DNA from: Eledone cirrhosa
Lineage: Eukaryota
Direction of reading: 5' to 3'
Assembly: GCA_964016885.1 (NCBI GenBank)
Contig: OZ024742.1
Span: 358,732,001 to 358,796,000 of the forward strand
DNA length: 64,000 nt
Positions 43,203 through 53,075 of this stretch are shown here, piece after piece (positions within the stretch are counted from its first letter, which is position 1; every line of letters starts with the position of its first letter). Made by a program: the position numbers and the translations under genes. Below the pieces are notes generated by a model. That model saw only the letters and a list, made by a program, of their open reading frames with translations, made no database searches and had not been told where the DNA came from.

Positions 43203-43427
43203 GTGGAACAGAAAGAAGGGAGCACCCTCTCTTTGTGCTCCCGTGGAGAAGGGTCGCACACTTTTTTTCGGGGGTGTGTGTGACCCCAAAACGATCCCTC
43301 CCTATTGAGGACCTTCTTGTTACTATTTTGTTTGTTATATTTTTCTTACTCGATTTTTATGTAAACTCCCCCCACCCATGTACATGTCCCTTTCTTTTGT
43401 GCCCTAGTGGCAAATAAACAGAAATTT

Positions 43428-43475
43428 ATCTGTCTGTCTGCCTGTTAGTATGTCTACCTGTCTGTCTGTCTGTCT
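43428..43475. repeat. 48-bp spacer containing about one unit of the 36-bp minisatellite
   Basis: ATCTGTCTGTCTGCCTGTTAGTATGTCTACCTGTCTGTCTGTCTGTCT. Confidence 0.9.
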
Positions 43476-43650
43476 GAGGATAGTAGACGTGTGTCATATC
43501 GCTCTGTGATTTGGATTTTTACCTGCTAATTTTGTGAGTGGATTTTTTTGAATTATTTTGTATAATTAACTCTAACCCCTAGTCTGGGACTCTAGACGTC
43601 GGGTAAATATATTTTCACCCCTTTTGGGGTGAAAAATAAATATTTGAGAA

Positions 43651-45405
43651 ATGTTTATCGATATCGTTGATAACGATATCGTCGAAAACGATATCGCCAT
43701 ATTGGAAGCGAACGCCACGCCGACCAAAAAAACAAGCGGGAAAGAGGGAACAACAGTTCAAACTGTTGAACAACCCCTCCTCTCCAATGAAAAAAAGAAT
43801 TTCAATTCAAATGAAAAAATTAATTTTCAAGAAAAAAATAACACCACAAATAAGGAAACCAACAACATTACAACAACAAACAAAGACAAAATTTCTTTTG
43901 CCCAAACACTCAAGAGAGCCACGGAGTACAAAGCCATTGACATCACGAACGCCAAGGAAAATTTGCTAGAGGCTAGAAAATACGTATCTTTTGGGGAGGA
44001 TGGTTCTTTTACGATCAACTCCCCAGAAGAAGTGCGTCAACAGATTTACAAGAATACCGTAAGCTTCAGAACCATAACCAACGAAACGAGAAAGCCAGCG
44101 CAATTGACCGAAAGTCAAATCGAGCTGGTTCTGAAAGAAATTAAAAATGACATACTCTTTATTCAAAGAGGAAAGCTGTATGCCAGCATTATGGTCCGAA
44201 TGAAGGACGAAATGCTGGCTCAGAAATATTCGGTGGCACCTATAGTGTCACCACAATACACCTTCTTCCCCACATATAAAGGAAGAAGAACACAAAGGAT
44301 AAGAATGTGGAGCCCTACGCCAGAAATTAACATCTGGTCCGTCCTAACAGGATTTACCGACCTAGATAAGGACATACTAATTTCAGCAGGGGAGTCCACC
44401 AGTGGACTGTTCGGGGGGAAAAGTCTGGAGGTTCTCTTACAGATGACACCTGAGAGAATCTCCGGAATACCCGACCGAGTGCTACTGGATGGGCGAACCT
44501 ACATAAATATCACAGTGGAAGGCAGGAGACCCTCATGTTACCACTGCGCTGGCAGAGGTCACCTGAGGACGGCCTGCCCTCTACTAACAACTAAAAAACC
44601 ACTGCTACAAACACCACAACAACAACAAAAACAACCAGCACCACCATCACAAAAACAACAAAATACACTACCATCTCCACCAGAACAACAAAAACCAACA
44701 ACACCACCACCACCACCACAACAACAACAACATCAACAACAGCTCAAGAAAACAACCCAAAACACGGTCCCACCCAGCCCCACCCCACAGAACACAAATA
44801 CAAAAACAGTTCATACACAACCCGGAGATATACCCCTCCCCTCCAATACGGAAGAGGAGCTCATATCGTCGGAAGACGAGGGGGCTCCCTTCCAAAAAGT
44901 GAAAAGAAAAAAACGTACACACACCACAACAACAAAAATAACCCCACCTGACAACACAACACAGACAATAAAACGCAAACTCACTCAACAACAACAAGCA
45001 AAAACAAACACAACAACACAAAAACTCTACACATACATAAACAAAAACAATGAAAACCTAACTTTAAAAATAGAAACCAACCCTTCGATACAAACCGAAG
45101 GGCCGAATTTCGTAACGGCAATGGGGCTCCCTAACCTGAAAATGGTGAAAATCCCACTTGACATTTTTAAAACTTTAAAAGACATGTACCCTGAGGACGT
45201 GGGCCCACCCTGCACCAGGCCACTCAACCGCGTCCTCCTGAAAGGTTTTCCCCTCCCCTCCTCAAACACCCACACAACTCCAAAGATCCCAACCCCTCCA
45301 CACACCAATACCCCCACACCACCACAAACCACCACCCCACCCATCAACCCCGCCACCAGCCCCATGGAAACTGAGCGACCCGAACCCCGGGACGCAGAGA
45401 GGTAA
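43651..45405 (+). CDS. ORF1 (584 aa), copy 9
   Basis: CCHC knuckle intact. Confidence 0.93.
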   Translation: MFIDIVDNDIVENDIAILEANATPTKKTSGKEGTTVQTVEQPLLSNEKKNFNSNEKINFQEKNNTTNKETNNITTTNKDKISFAQTLKRATEYKAIDITNAKENLLEARKYVSFGEDGSFTINSPEEVRQQIYKNTVSFRTITNETRKPAQLTESQIELVLKEIKNDILFIQRGKLYASIMVRMKDEMLAQKYSVAPIVSPQYTFFPTYKGRRTQRIRMWSPTPEINIWSVLTGFTDLDKDILISAGESTSGLFGGKSLEVLLQMTPERISGIPDRVLLDGRTYINITVEGRRPSCYHCAGRGHLRTACPLLTTKKPLLQTPQQQQKQPAPPSQKQQNTLPSPPEQQKPTTPPPPPQQQQHQQQLKKTTQNTVPPSPTPQNTNTKTVHTQPGDIPLPSNTEEELISSEDEGAPFQKVKRKKRTHTTTTKITPPDNTTQTIKRKLTQQQQAKTNTTTQKLYTYINKNNENLTLKIETNPSIQTEGPNFVTAMGLPNLKMVKIPLDIFKTLKDMYPEDVGPPCTRPLNRVLLKGFPLPSSNTHTTPKIPTPPHTNTPTPPQTTTPPINPATSPMETERPEPRDAER

Positions 45406-45428
45406 GTGCCTCTTTCTTTGCCACCAAC

Positions 45429-48400
45429 ATGGCTGTCTTAAGAGTGGGTTGTCTAAATGCGCGTGGCCTGGGCTCACCTTGGAAGCAAGCTAAACTTCTA
45501 AGTGACCTCAGGTCACAATGTGTAAATGTGATGGTTATTTGCGAGGCCCGGATCAGCAGCATGCGACAGCTAACCCCCACCTTTGATGACTTTGAGATGC
45601 ACGCATCTCTCTGTCAGCCCGGAGGTGGGGGTGGGGTTGTCGTTCTGCTGCAAAAACATCTGGGTCTCGCTACACAGACGGTACACTTGGACCCGGAGGG
45701 TCGACTCGTGGTTCTGGACCTTGGCAATGGCGAAGGCGAAGCTTTTAGGCTTGTCGCCGTATACGCCCCTTTTGGGGCAATGCGGTCGGACTTCTTCCAT
45801 CGTCTGGAGACTTTTCTAGGGACGTCCCGCTCCTTGCTTTTAGTGGGGGACTGGAATGGTATCCTAGATGCACGTTGGGACTATGTAGGGGCATGTCCCG
45901 ATAGAGGGGGGTGTAACAGCCTTAAGGGGTTAATCGGCCGATTCGACCTGGCCGATAGATACCGACTAGATTTTCCGACTGTACCAACCTGGACCTGGTC
46001 AAATAACAGTGGTCAATCTAGATCGTACCTAGATAGGTTCTTAGTTAGAATTAAGGATAGGGACTTTTTAAGTTGTCCAGAAATGCTCATGGTGGGCTAT
46101 TCAGACCACAAGTTAGTGACCTGCGTAGTCCACCTTGATAGAACGCATAGGCAGGGGCCCGGTTACTGGAAGCTCAACTTGTCCTTACCGGCAAGTAGAG
46201 CTTACAGGGACCGGATTAGAACCTTAGTTAAGGAGCAGTTGACGGGCGCCATCGTCAACAACAGGTGGTGGGGCTCTCTAAAAAGAGAGATTAGAGTAGT
46301 TTCAATAGGAGTTAGTAAGGAGTTAGCCTCAGATAGAAATAGGAAGGAAAGGGAGTTGGTAGTTAATGTTGAAGAGGCAATGAGAAGCGGCAACGTGGCC
46401 AGAGTGCAAGCGTCGAGAACGGTCTTGAACCAGTTCTTCGACGCGAAACACGAAGGCTGCGTTGTCCGAAGCAAAATACGTGCTCTGGGAAACGAGGGGA
46501 CCAAAGCTGTTAGCTGGGCCCGCGTGACAGAAGCGAAAAGTGGGATTAAATCCACTATCCGGTCTTTGCGAGACCAGGATGGACGGCTGATCCTTGAACC
46601 TAAGCAAATGTGCGAGGCCTTTCAAAGGCACTTTGCCCAATTGTTCGGGAGGGGCGGGGAGCCGGTTGGAGATGTGGATTTCGGTCCATACCTCGACGGC
46701 CTGCCGCGTCTTTCGGACAGGGAGGCGAGGTCCTGCGACGGACCGATCTCAGCTGCTGAAATAGGGGACGTGCTGAGCCTATGCGGCAAACGCAAATCTC
46801 CAGGACTCGATGGTCTGCCCTACGAACTATATATTAATATGCCGGACTTGTTCCCCGATCTCCTCGAGGCGGTCTACTGCAACTGGCAACAGAACGGGAG
46901 AATTCCCTGTTCTGTGACCAAGGGCGTAGTCTCGCTAGTGAGGAAGGACGAGAACAAGGGGGATGACATTAGTAATTTTAGGCCCATAACTCTGCTAAAT
47001 GCAGAGTTAAAGATTTTGGCGAAGGTGTTAGCGAAGAGGTTGGCGCTTGTCGTGGGGGGCCTGGTGGGAGATGCGCAGACATGCGCTATCCCGTCCAGGT
47101 CCATCCACGACAACCTCCACCTCATGCGATACATCATAGAGAGGGTTGGGAACGAACCCGGCTTTGGTGGGGCCCTGATAAATTTAGATCAGTCTAAAGC
47201 GTTCGATAGGGTGGACCATGGTTACCTGGATGCGGTGCTAGCGGCGGCTGGGTTCGGACCCGTTTTCAGGGGCTGGATCACTGCCATGCACAGCAGCCGC
47301 ATCTGCTCTAGAATCAAGGTGAACGGCTACCTTTCGGAGCCGTTCGAAATCACCCGCTCCATCCGACAGGGGTGCCCTCTCTCCTCCCTTCTGTATGTAT
47401 TGACTCTCGAGCCATTACTGCGGAAGTTGGAGTTGTTGCAGGGCATCCCTTTGGAACCGGGATTGCGCAAAGCGGTGTCGGCCTACGCCGATGACGTAAC
47501 AGTAATGGTGTCGACCGCCTCGGAAATCGAGGCAATCGGCACCTTACTAGAGGAGTACGAAAGGTTGACAGGGGCTAAGCTGAACCGGGACAAGTCAGTC
47601 GCTTTGCAACTCGGCGAGTGGAGGGGCAAAGCGATGTCGTGCGACGGTATCGTCGGACGGTGGACGGAGGGCCCGGTGAAGTTGCTTGGGGTCTGGTTCG
47701 GACCGGACCTCCAGGTGGAGAAAAACTGGGGTGAGGTGACGAATAGGGTGTTTGCACTGACCCAGAAGTGGGCCGACTTCAAACTATCCCTAAAAGGTCG
47801 GGCGGAGGTGGCGAACGCTTACATAGCGTCCGTCATCTATTACCGCTTGACTGTCGTGCCTTGCCCGGGTGAGATCCTCGCCAAAATGGAACGCGCCCTC
47901 TTTTATTTCCTTTGGAAGAAGAGGTCTCCTCTAGTGAGGAGATCCATCTGCTGTCAACACCCTTTGAAAGGAGGGCTGGGGATGCCGTGGCTAAAAATGC
48001 GTAAACACGCATTGAGGCTAAGGCACCTCCACGTATTCCTCACCGGTCAACCGGTGTGGGCCCCGTTTGTGAGGCGAGCCTTCCCGAGGCTCGTCTCGCT
48101 CACCGAGCTGCAGTCCTGGGTGAAGCAAAGACCGAGAAAACTGGGCGACTGGCACACCGAGTGTGCCCAGGCGCTCACGGCTCTCTGGCAGGCGGACCCG
48201 GCTATCGACGGAGACTCCACCTCGTCATTCTATAGAGGGCTGGTGGTTAGCGGGTGCGACGACGCCCTCGGAGAAGCCCTAGGCATGGAGGAGGACGAAC
48301 TGGCCAGTCTATTCGGTAGGACTTTCGGCCCGGGACCTATGGACAACTTCCAGAAGTCCTTGGCCTGGCAGTGCTACCGAGGGGCTCTGCCCGTTCGGGA

Positions 48401-48866
48401 TAAGCTCTACAGACACGGGCGCCCGGGTAGGGACCCCTCGAAAAAGATCTGTCCCAGATGCGTGCGCGACGAGGAAACCGTCGCGCACGCATTGGTGCAC
48501 TGCCCGGGCGTTGCCGATCTGTGGGGCTATGTCGAACGACTGCTGTCACGGGTGGGACCAATTAGGTTGACCACCGAGTCCATTGTAACGATCAAGCCGC
48601 CTCCCCCCTTCAAAAATGAAGGAGAGGCGGTCTTCCTCTGTGTAATAGCCATGGTAAAAGAGGCTATATGGTGGACGCGTCTGAAAGGGCTGAGGTCGGA
48701 CACCTTTCTCTCCGGCCAACAACTGGTCCTTTTCTTCCGATACCATTTCGGAAGAAGGATCAGGTTGGAGAGAGAGGTGCTCCACTCCAGCCAGTTTTAT
48801 GAAAGGTGGGTGAAAGTTGCGAGAATGGCCCGTGTGAATGGGCCTTCTCTCTACCTCAGCCTGTAG
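45429..48866 (+). CDS. ORF2 (1145 aa), copy 9
   Basis: APE, RT and zinc-finger motifs intact. Confidence 0.97.
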   Translation: MAVLRVGCLNARGLGSPWKQAKLLSDLRSQCVNVMVICEARISSMRQLTPTFDDFEMHASLCQPGGGGGVVVLLQKHLGLATQTVHLDPEGRLVVLDLGNGEGEAFRLVAVYAPFGAMRSDFFHRLETFLGTSRSLLLVGDWNGILDARWDYVGACPDRGGCNSLKGLIGRFDLADRYRLDFPTVPTWTWSNNSGQSRSYLDRFLVRIKDRDFLSCPEMLMVGYSDHKLVTCVVHLDRTHRQGPGYWKLNLSLPASRAYRDRIRTLVKEQLTGAIVNNRWWGSLKREIRVVSIGVSKELASDRNRKERELVVNVEEAMRSGNVARVQASRTVLNQFFDAKHEGCVVRSKIRALGNEGTKAVSWARVTEAKSGIKSTIRSLRDQDGRLILEPKQMCEAFQRHFAQLFGRGGEPVGDVDFGPYLDGLPRLSDREARSCDGPISAAEIGDVLSLCGKRKSPGLDGLPYELYINMPDLFPDLLEAVYCNWQQNGRIPCSVTKGVVSLVRKDENKGDDISNFRPITLLNAELKILAKVLAKRLALVVGGLVGDAQTCAIPSRSIHDNLHLMRYIIERVGNEPGFGGALINLDQSKAFDRVDHGYLDAVLAAAGFGPVFRGWITAMHSSRICSRIKVNGYLSEPFEITRSIRQGCPLSSLLYVLTLEPLLRKLELLQGIPLEPGLRKAVSAYADDVTVMVSTASEIEAIGTLLEEYERLTGAKLNRDKSVALQLGEWRGKAMSCDGIVGRWTEGPVKLLGVWFGPDLQVEKNWGEVTNRVFALTQKWADFKLSLKGRAEVANAYIASVIYYRLTVVPCPGEILAKMERALFYFLWKKRSPLVRRSICCQHPLKGGLGMPWLKMRKHALRLRHLHVFLTGQPVWAPFVRRAFPRLVSLTELQSWVKQRPRKLGDWHTECAQALTALWQADPAIDGDSTSSFYRGLVVSGCDDALGEALGMEEDELASLFGRTFGPGPMDNFQKSLAWQCYRGALPVRDKLYRHGRPGRDPSKKICPRCVRDEETVAHALVHCPGVADLWGYVERLLSRVGPIRLTTESIVTIKPPPPFKNEGEAVFLCVIAMVKEAIWWTRLKGLRSDTFLSGQQLVLFFRYHFGRRIRLEREVLHSSQFYERWVKVARMARVNGPSLYLSL

Positions 48867-49091
48867 GTGGAACAGAAAGAAGGGAGCACCCTCTCTTTGT
48901 GCTCCCGTGGAGAAGGGTCGCACACTTTTTTTCGGGGGTGTGTGTGACCCCAAAACGATCCCTCCCTATTGAGGACCTTCTTGTTATTATTTTGTTTGTT
49001 ATATTTTTCTTACTCGATTTTTATGTAAACTCCCCCCACCCATGTACATGTCCCTTTCTTTTGTGCCCTAGTGGCAAATAAACAGAAATTT

Positions 49092-49491
49092 GTCTGTCTA
49101 CCTGTCAGTATGTCTACCTGTCTATCTGTCTGTCTGCCTGTCAGTATGTCTACCTGTCTATCTGTCTGTCTACCTGTCAGTATGTCTACCTGTCTATCTG
49201 TCTGTCTGCCTGTCAGTATGTCTACCTGTCTATCTGTCTGTCTGCCTGTCAGTGTGTCTACCTGTCTATCTGTCTGTCTGCCTGTCAGTATGTCTACCTG
49301 TCTATCTGTCTGTCTGCCTGTCAGTATGTCTACCTGTCTATCTGTCTGTCTGCCTGTCAGTATGTCTACCTGTCTATCTGTCTGTCTGCCTGTCAGTATG
49401 TCTACCTGTCTATCTGTCTGTCTGCCTGTCAGTGTGTCTACCTGTCTATCTGTCTGTCTGCCTGTCAGTATGTCTACCTGTCTATCTGTCT
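49092..49491. repeat. 36-bp minisatellite (~11 units), same unit as 8664-9811
   Basis: Direct inspection. Confidence 0.97.
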
Positions 49492-49865
49492 GAGCAACTG
49501 ATTCGTTTTTTCAAATATCATTTTGGAAGAAGAATCAGGGTGAAGAGAGAGGTGCTGTACCCAGTAAATTTTATAAAAGGTGGGTGTATGTGGCAAAGAT
49601 GGCTCGAGTGGTTGGGCCTTCTCTCTATATAAGCCTGTAGGTTGAGGAAACAGAGGAAGGGAGTACTCATTCCTGGTGCTCCTGGAGATGAGGGCTGTAC
49701 ATTTTTTCGGGGTGTGTACAACCCCTGTGTAACACCTCCCCCCTATTGGGGATATCAATTGTTATTTGTTATTTTATTAATAGTTTTATTTTTATATACC
49801 TGTATGTAAACTCCCCATTTGTATTTGTCCCCTCCTTTGTGCCCTTGTGGCTAATAAAGAAATTT
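49492..49865 (+). mobile_element. Diverged 3'-terminal fragment of an older relative of the array element
   Basis: Translates EQLIRFFKYHFGRRIRVKREVLY, then a frameshift, then FYKRWVYVAKMARVVGPSLYISL*. This aligns to the ORF2 C-terminus. The homologous 3' UTR ends AATAAAGAAATTT and is followed by ATCTCTCTG. Confidence 0.93.
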
Positions 49866-51494
49866 ATCTCTCTGTAATGTTTCTTAACACCACACCAAGT
49901 TGTGAAATTAAACAAAGCAATGAAAGCCAAGAACAAAATGGTCAGTCATATCATTAAGAATCAATAATTACTTGAACACAGTAGATAAACTAAACATTAG
50001 ACAGTATATTTCTTTTTCTTCAATTAAGAGCACTGTACAAAATAACTCACCTCCCCTCACCACGCATCAACTGATTTTATTCAAAAATTCTATTAACTAT
50101 ATTTTTTATCTTTGTTTTCATTGACACAGACTACCTATAGTGTTAGATTCTAATGATTATTTTCCTTGAAATATATGATGGCATAGGTCGACAGAATGTA
50201 TATTGTTATAGAAAACCAGTTCAGCTTTCACTTAGTCTTTGTTCACACAAATATGTATATATACTGGAATATACACATTGACACATACATATGTGTCTCG
50301 GTATATTTGTATTGCAAGAATGAAAAAAGTAAAATACATAATGATGATGATATATATGTGTGTGTATGTATATATACACTTATATATATATATATACACA
50401 CACATATATGTACATATATATACAGGTGTGTGTGTATGTGTAATTATATATATATATGTATATCTCTGTGTGTATGTATCCCTGTGTTCGTATGTGTATG
50501 AATGCATGCGCGTGTGTGTATGTTTGTGTGTGTGTATATATTTGTGTGTGCGTATGTATATGTATGTCCGTCGGGGCATACGTATGTACTGGCCTAAATC
50601 TTCACTATTTACTTTTACTATTTTAATAACCTCTGTTATTTTCGTTTACAATTTTATTTACATCATTCTTAAACTCCGGGGCTGGAAATCATTCGGTTAT
50701 TTTGAATAGAACATTAGTCTAACGACTCTATTTATACCATAAATTTGGGCTTGTTTTTGCATGAAATTGTTCTTCTCGTCCACATAACGACGTATTATCC
50801 TCGCTTGTTTTCCGTTCATTGCTAGGGAACGTCTTCACGAACCAATATATCGTCTTCCTGTTTTCCTTCGAAATATTTACTTCTGCGTTCACAGATTGAA
50901 TTTTTTAGTTTCAGTAGATCCCGTTAATGTTGAAAGCACCGATTCTTTGCTTAAACTTTAATCTGTTCTTATAACAAAAAAAACAAAAAAAAATATATAT
51001 ATATAAAGAGAGAGAGCGGTGCGTCTTTTTGTGTGTGTGTGTGCGGACATAAATATATATAACACACACAGTCACAGTACGTCTTCTGTGAAAGAGAGAA
51101 AGAGACGTAAGGTTGAGGAAAGGGGAGAGTTGAACAGTGTGTAAAGAATAGATAAATAAATAAAAGTTGAAGTTCCTCACACTCTTTCTTTCTTTCTCAA
51201 CCCTCTCTCCTTTTTTTCTCATACCCTCTCTGTCTTTCTCTCGTTCTCTCTCTCTCACTCAAACCCCCTCTCTCTCTCTTCCTCTACAGAATGGAGAACA
51301 ATAAAGAACGCGCAGATATCTCTCTCTGTCTTTATATATATATGTGTGTTTATGTGTGTTTGTGTGCGTGTGCGTGTGTGTGTGAACCAGCGTTCGTCGC
51401 CATTCTCTCTCTCTATCCGAATATCTTGTACCTCTCTCTGTATAACGACATATCTCACTCTCTCTCTCTCTACATCTCCCTTTCTCTCTTTAGA

Positions 51495-51500
<6 letters not shown>

Positions 51501-51590
<90 letters not shown>

Positions 51591-51609
51591 TGTGTTTGTG
51601 TGTGTGTGT
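51501..51609. repeat. (TG)n microsatellite within a wider TA/TG/TC-rich zone (50340-51610)
   Basis: Direct inspection. Confidence 0.95.
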
Positions 51610-51810
51610 AGTTTTCGTGCAACCAGCCAACCAATATATATCTAGTAGCCGCATTAACAAAAGCTTGAAACTTTTATGAGTCCAAAACACTCCTGGGAAT
51701 AAAACGCATGTTTGTTCCAAATTGGAAGAAAATCGGTTGCAAACTGTAAAAGTTCTGTGGGTACGGACATACACACACACACATCCTCAGTTTATATATA
51801 TATATATATA

Positions 51811-52742
51811 CTAGCAGTGGTACCCGGCGTTGGACGGGATAAGGTATTTTGGAACGCGGGCCGCCAACAGACCTAATTGTGGAAAAACTGCATGCGTGGA
51901 CAATATGTAAAAAAAATAAACTGAATACTCTGATGGCTGGATAATCTTTAAGATTTTCCTCGATGAAGCAGGAACAAAGCATGTTATCACCTAATGCGGG
52001 CCCTAGGGGATCAATAAAATTAATTTTTTTTATGTGCATAATATGCCTTGAAATTTCGGGAAAATCGGTTAGACGTAACGCCTCAAAAAAGCCCTAAAAA
52101 GCTGAAAAAAGGAAGTTTTTCACCTAATGCAGGCCCTAGGCCATAAAAAAGTTGGATTTTCTTTGCTCACGGTGTGAAGAGACTGACTAATACATAGTTA
52201 CAATTTCAAGGAGTTCGGTCTGACGTAACGCCTAAAAAAACCCCTAAAATCTGAAAAAACGCAGTTTTTCAACTAATGCGGGCCCTAGGGATAAAAAAGT
52301 TGAATTTTCTTAGGTGCATAACACTCCCTGAAACATAAGTAATACACATGTAAAGTTTGAAAAGAGTCGGTTGGGTACTTCTCGAGTTTTAGGGATTCAC
52401 AGATACAGACACACACATACACACACACACATACACACAGACATCCTCAGGGAAGTGACGTAATGCAGACAAGCAGACATACAGAGAGATATTATAAGGG
52501 CGCGACGTTATATGTATGTATCTATCTAAATAGAGAAAGACTAAGAATTATAGAGAGAGATCGCTAAATCGCCTAATGTGGTCCCTAGTGCATTGAAAAT
52601 TTGAATTTTTGCTCAGAACACTCCCTGAAACATAAGTATTACATGAGTAAAGTTTGAAAACAGTCGGTTGTGTGGTTCTCGAGTTTTAGGGTTTCAAACT
52701 CACACACACACAGACAGACATCCTCAGTTTTATATATATAGA
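51811..52742 (-). mobile_element. Non-autonomous Helitron-like element with internal ~140-150 bp subrepeats
   Basis: Minus strand begins TC(TATATATATAAAACTGAGGATG) and ends CTAG, with a GC hairpin (CCCGGCGTTGGACGGG on +) just inside. It sits between host A and T with no TSD. A CCTAATGCGGGCCCTAGG-like motif recurs four times. Confidence 0.7.
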
Positions 52743-52743
52743 T

Positions 52744-52969
52744 ATAGTAATAAGAAGCGATTCTTTAAGGGATCGATGGAGATGGATAACCGGCGCCTAA
52801 CACCTCTTTAACAACAGAAAATTGAAAAATAAAAGCTGCAGTTAATATCTTTAGACCGCAAGGAATATATGAATGCAAATTTGAAGTCAATCGGAGTAGA
52901 AATGTGGATTTGTATAGACTTTGCAAAAATGAGGACACACACAAACAACATCAGTTTTATATATATAGA
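52744..52969 (-). mobile_element. Second short Helitron-like element
   Basis: Same terminus CAGTTTTATATATATAGAT; hairpin CGATTC..GGATCG near the other end; terminal CTAG is degenerate. Confidence 0.5.
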
Positions 52970-52971
52970 TG

Positions 52972-53075
52972 AGTGAAGGTGCATGGCTTAGTGGTTAGAG
53001 TGTTGGGCTTGCAATCAAAAGGTTGTGTGCTTGATTCTCAGATTGGGTGATGCATTGTGTTCTTGAGATAACAAG
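52972..53075 (+). mobile_element. 5' head of tRNA-derived SINE (family B)
   Basis: A-box TGGCTTAGTGG; matches the reverse complement of 61850-61955. Confidence 0.7.

Larger units (their letters stand above)
37890..43427 (+). mobile_element. Tx1-like retrotransposon copy 8, 78-bp deletion allele
   Basis: 5538 bp; same deletion junction near 42991. Confidence 0.96.
1..49091 (+). repeat. Tandem head-to-tail array of at least 9 copies of a ~5616-bp L1/Tx1-like non-LTR retrotransposon (continues left of the window)
   Basis: ORF1/ORF2 pairs recur with near-identical translations. Each complete unit starts GAGGATAGTAGACG exactly 175 bp before the ORF1 ATG and ends AATAAACAGAAATTT. Confidence 0.98.
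43476..49091 (+). mobile_element. Tx1-like retrotransposon copy 9, full length, both ORFs intact, several private variants
   Basis: Shared termini, 5616 bp; private changes such as WADFK, VRQQI, RIRLE. Confidence 0.96.

Noticed and set aside
1-49091. Telomere-maintaining array (HeT-A/TART or SART/TRAS analogue)
   Set aside because: No TTAGGG/TTAGG repeats are seen and the chromosome position is unknown. It cannot be supported from this window, though it is not excluded.
50196-51780. ORFs of 60-156 aa and a possible minus-strand first exon (donor-like site near 50875-50880)
   Set aside because: The ORFs are microsatellite translations, and one donor-like motif is too weak without transcript data.
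52972-53050. tRNA gene
   Set aside because: The B-box is degenerate, no clean cloverleaf forms, and it matches the head of the SINE at 61510-61955.
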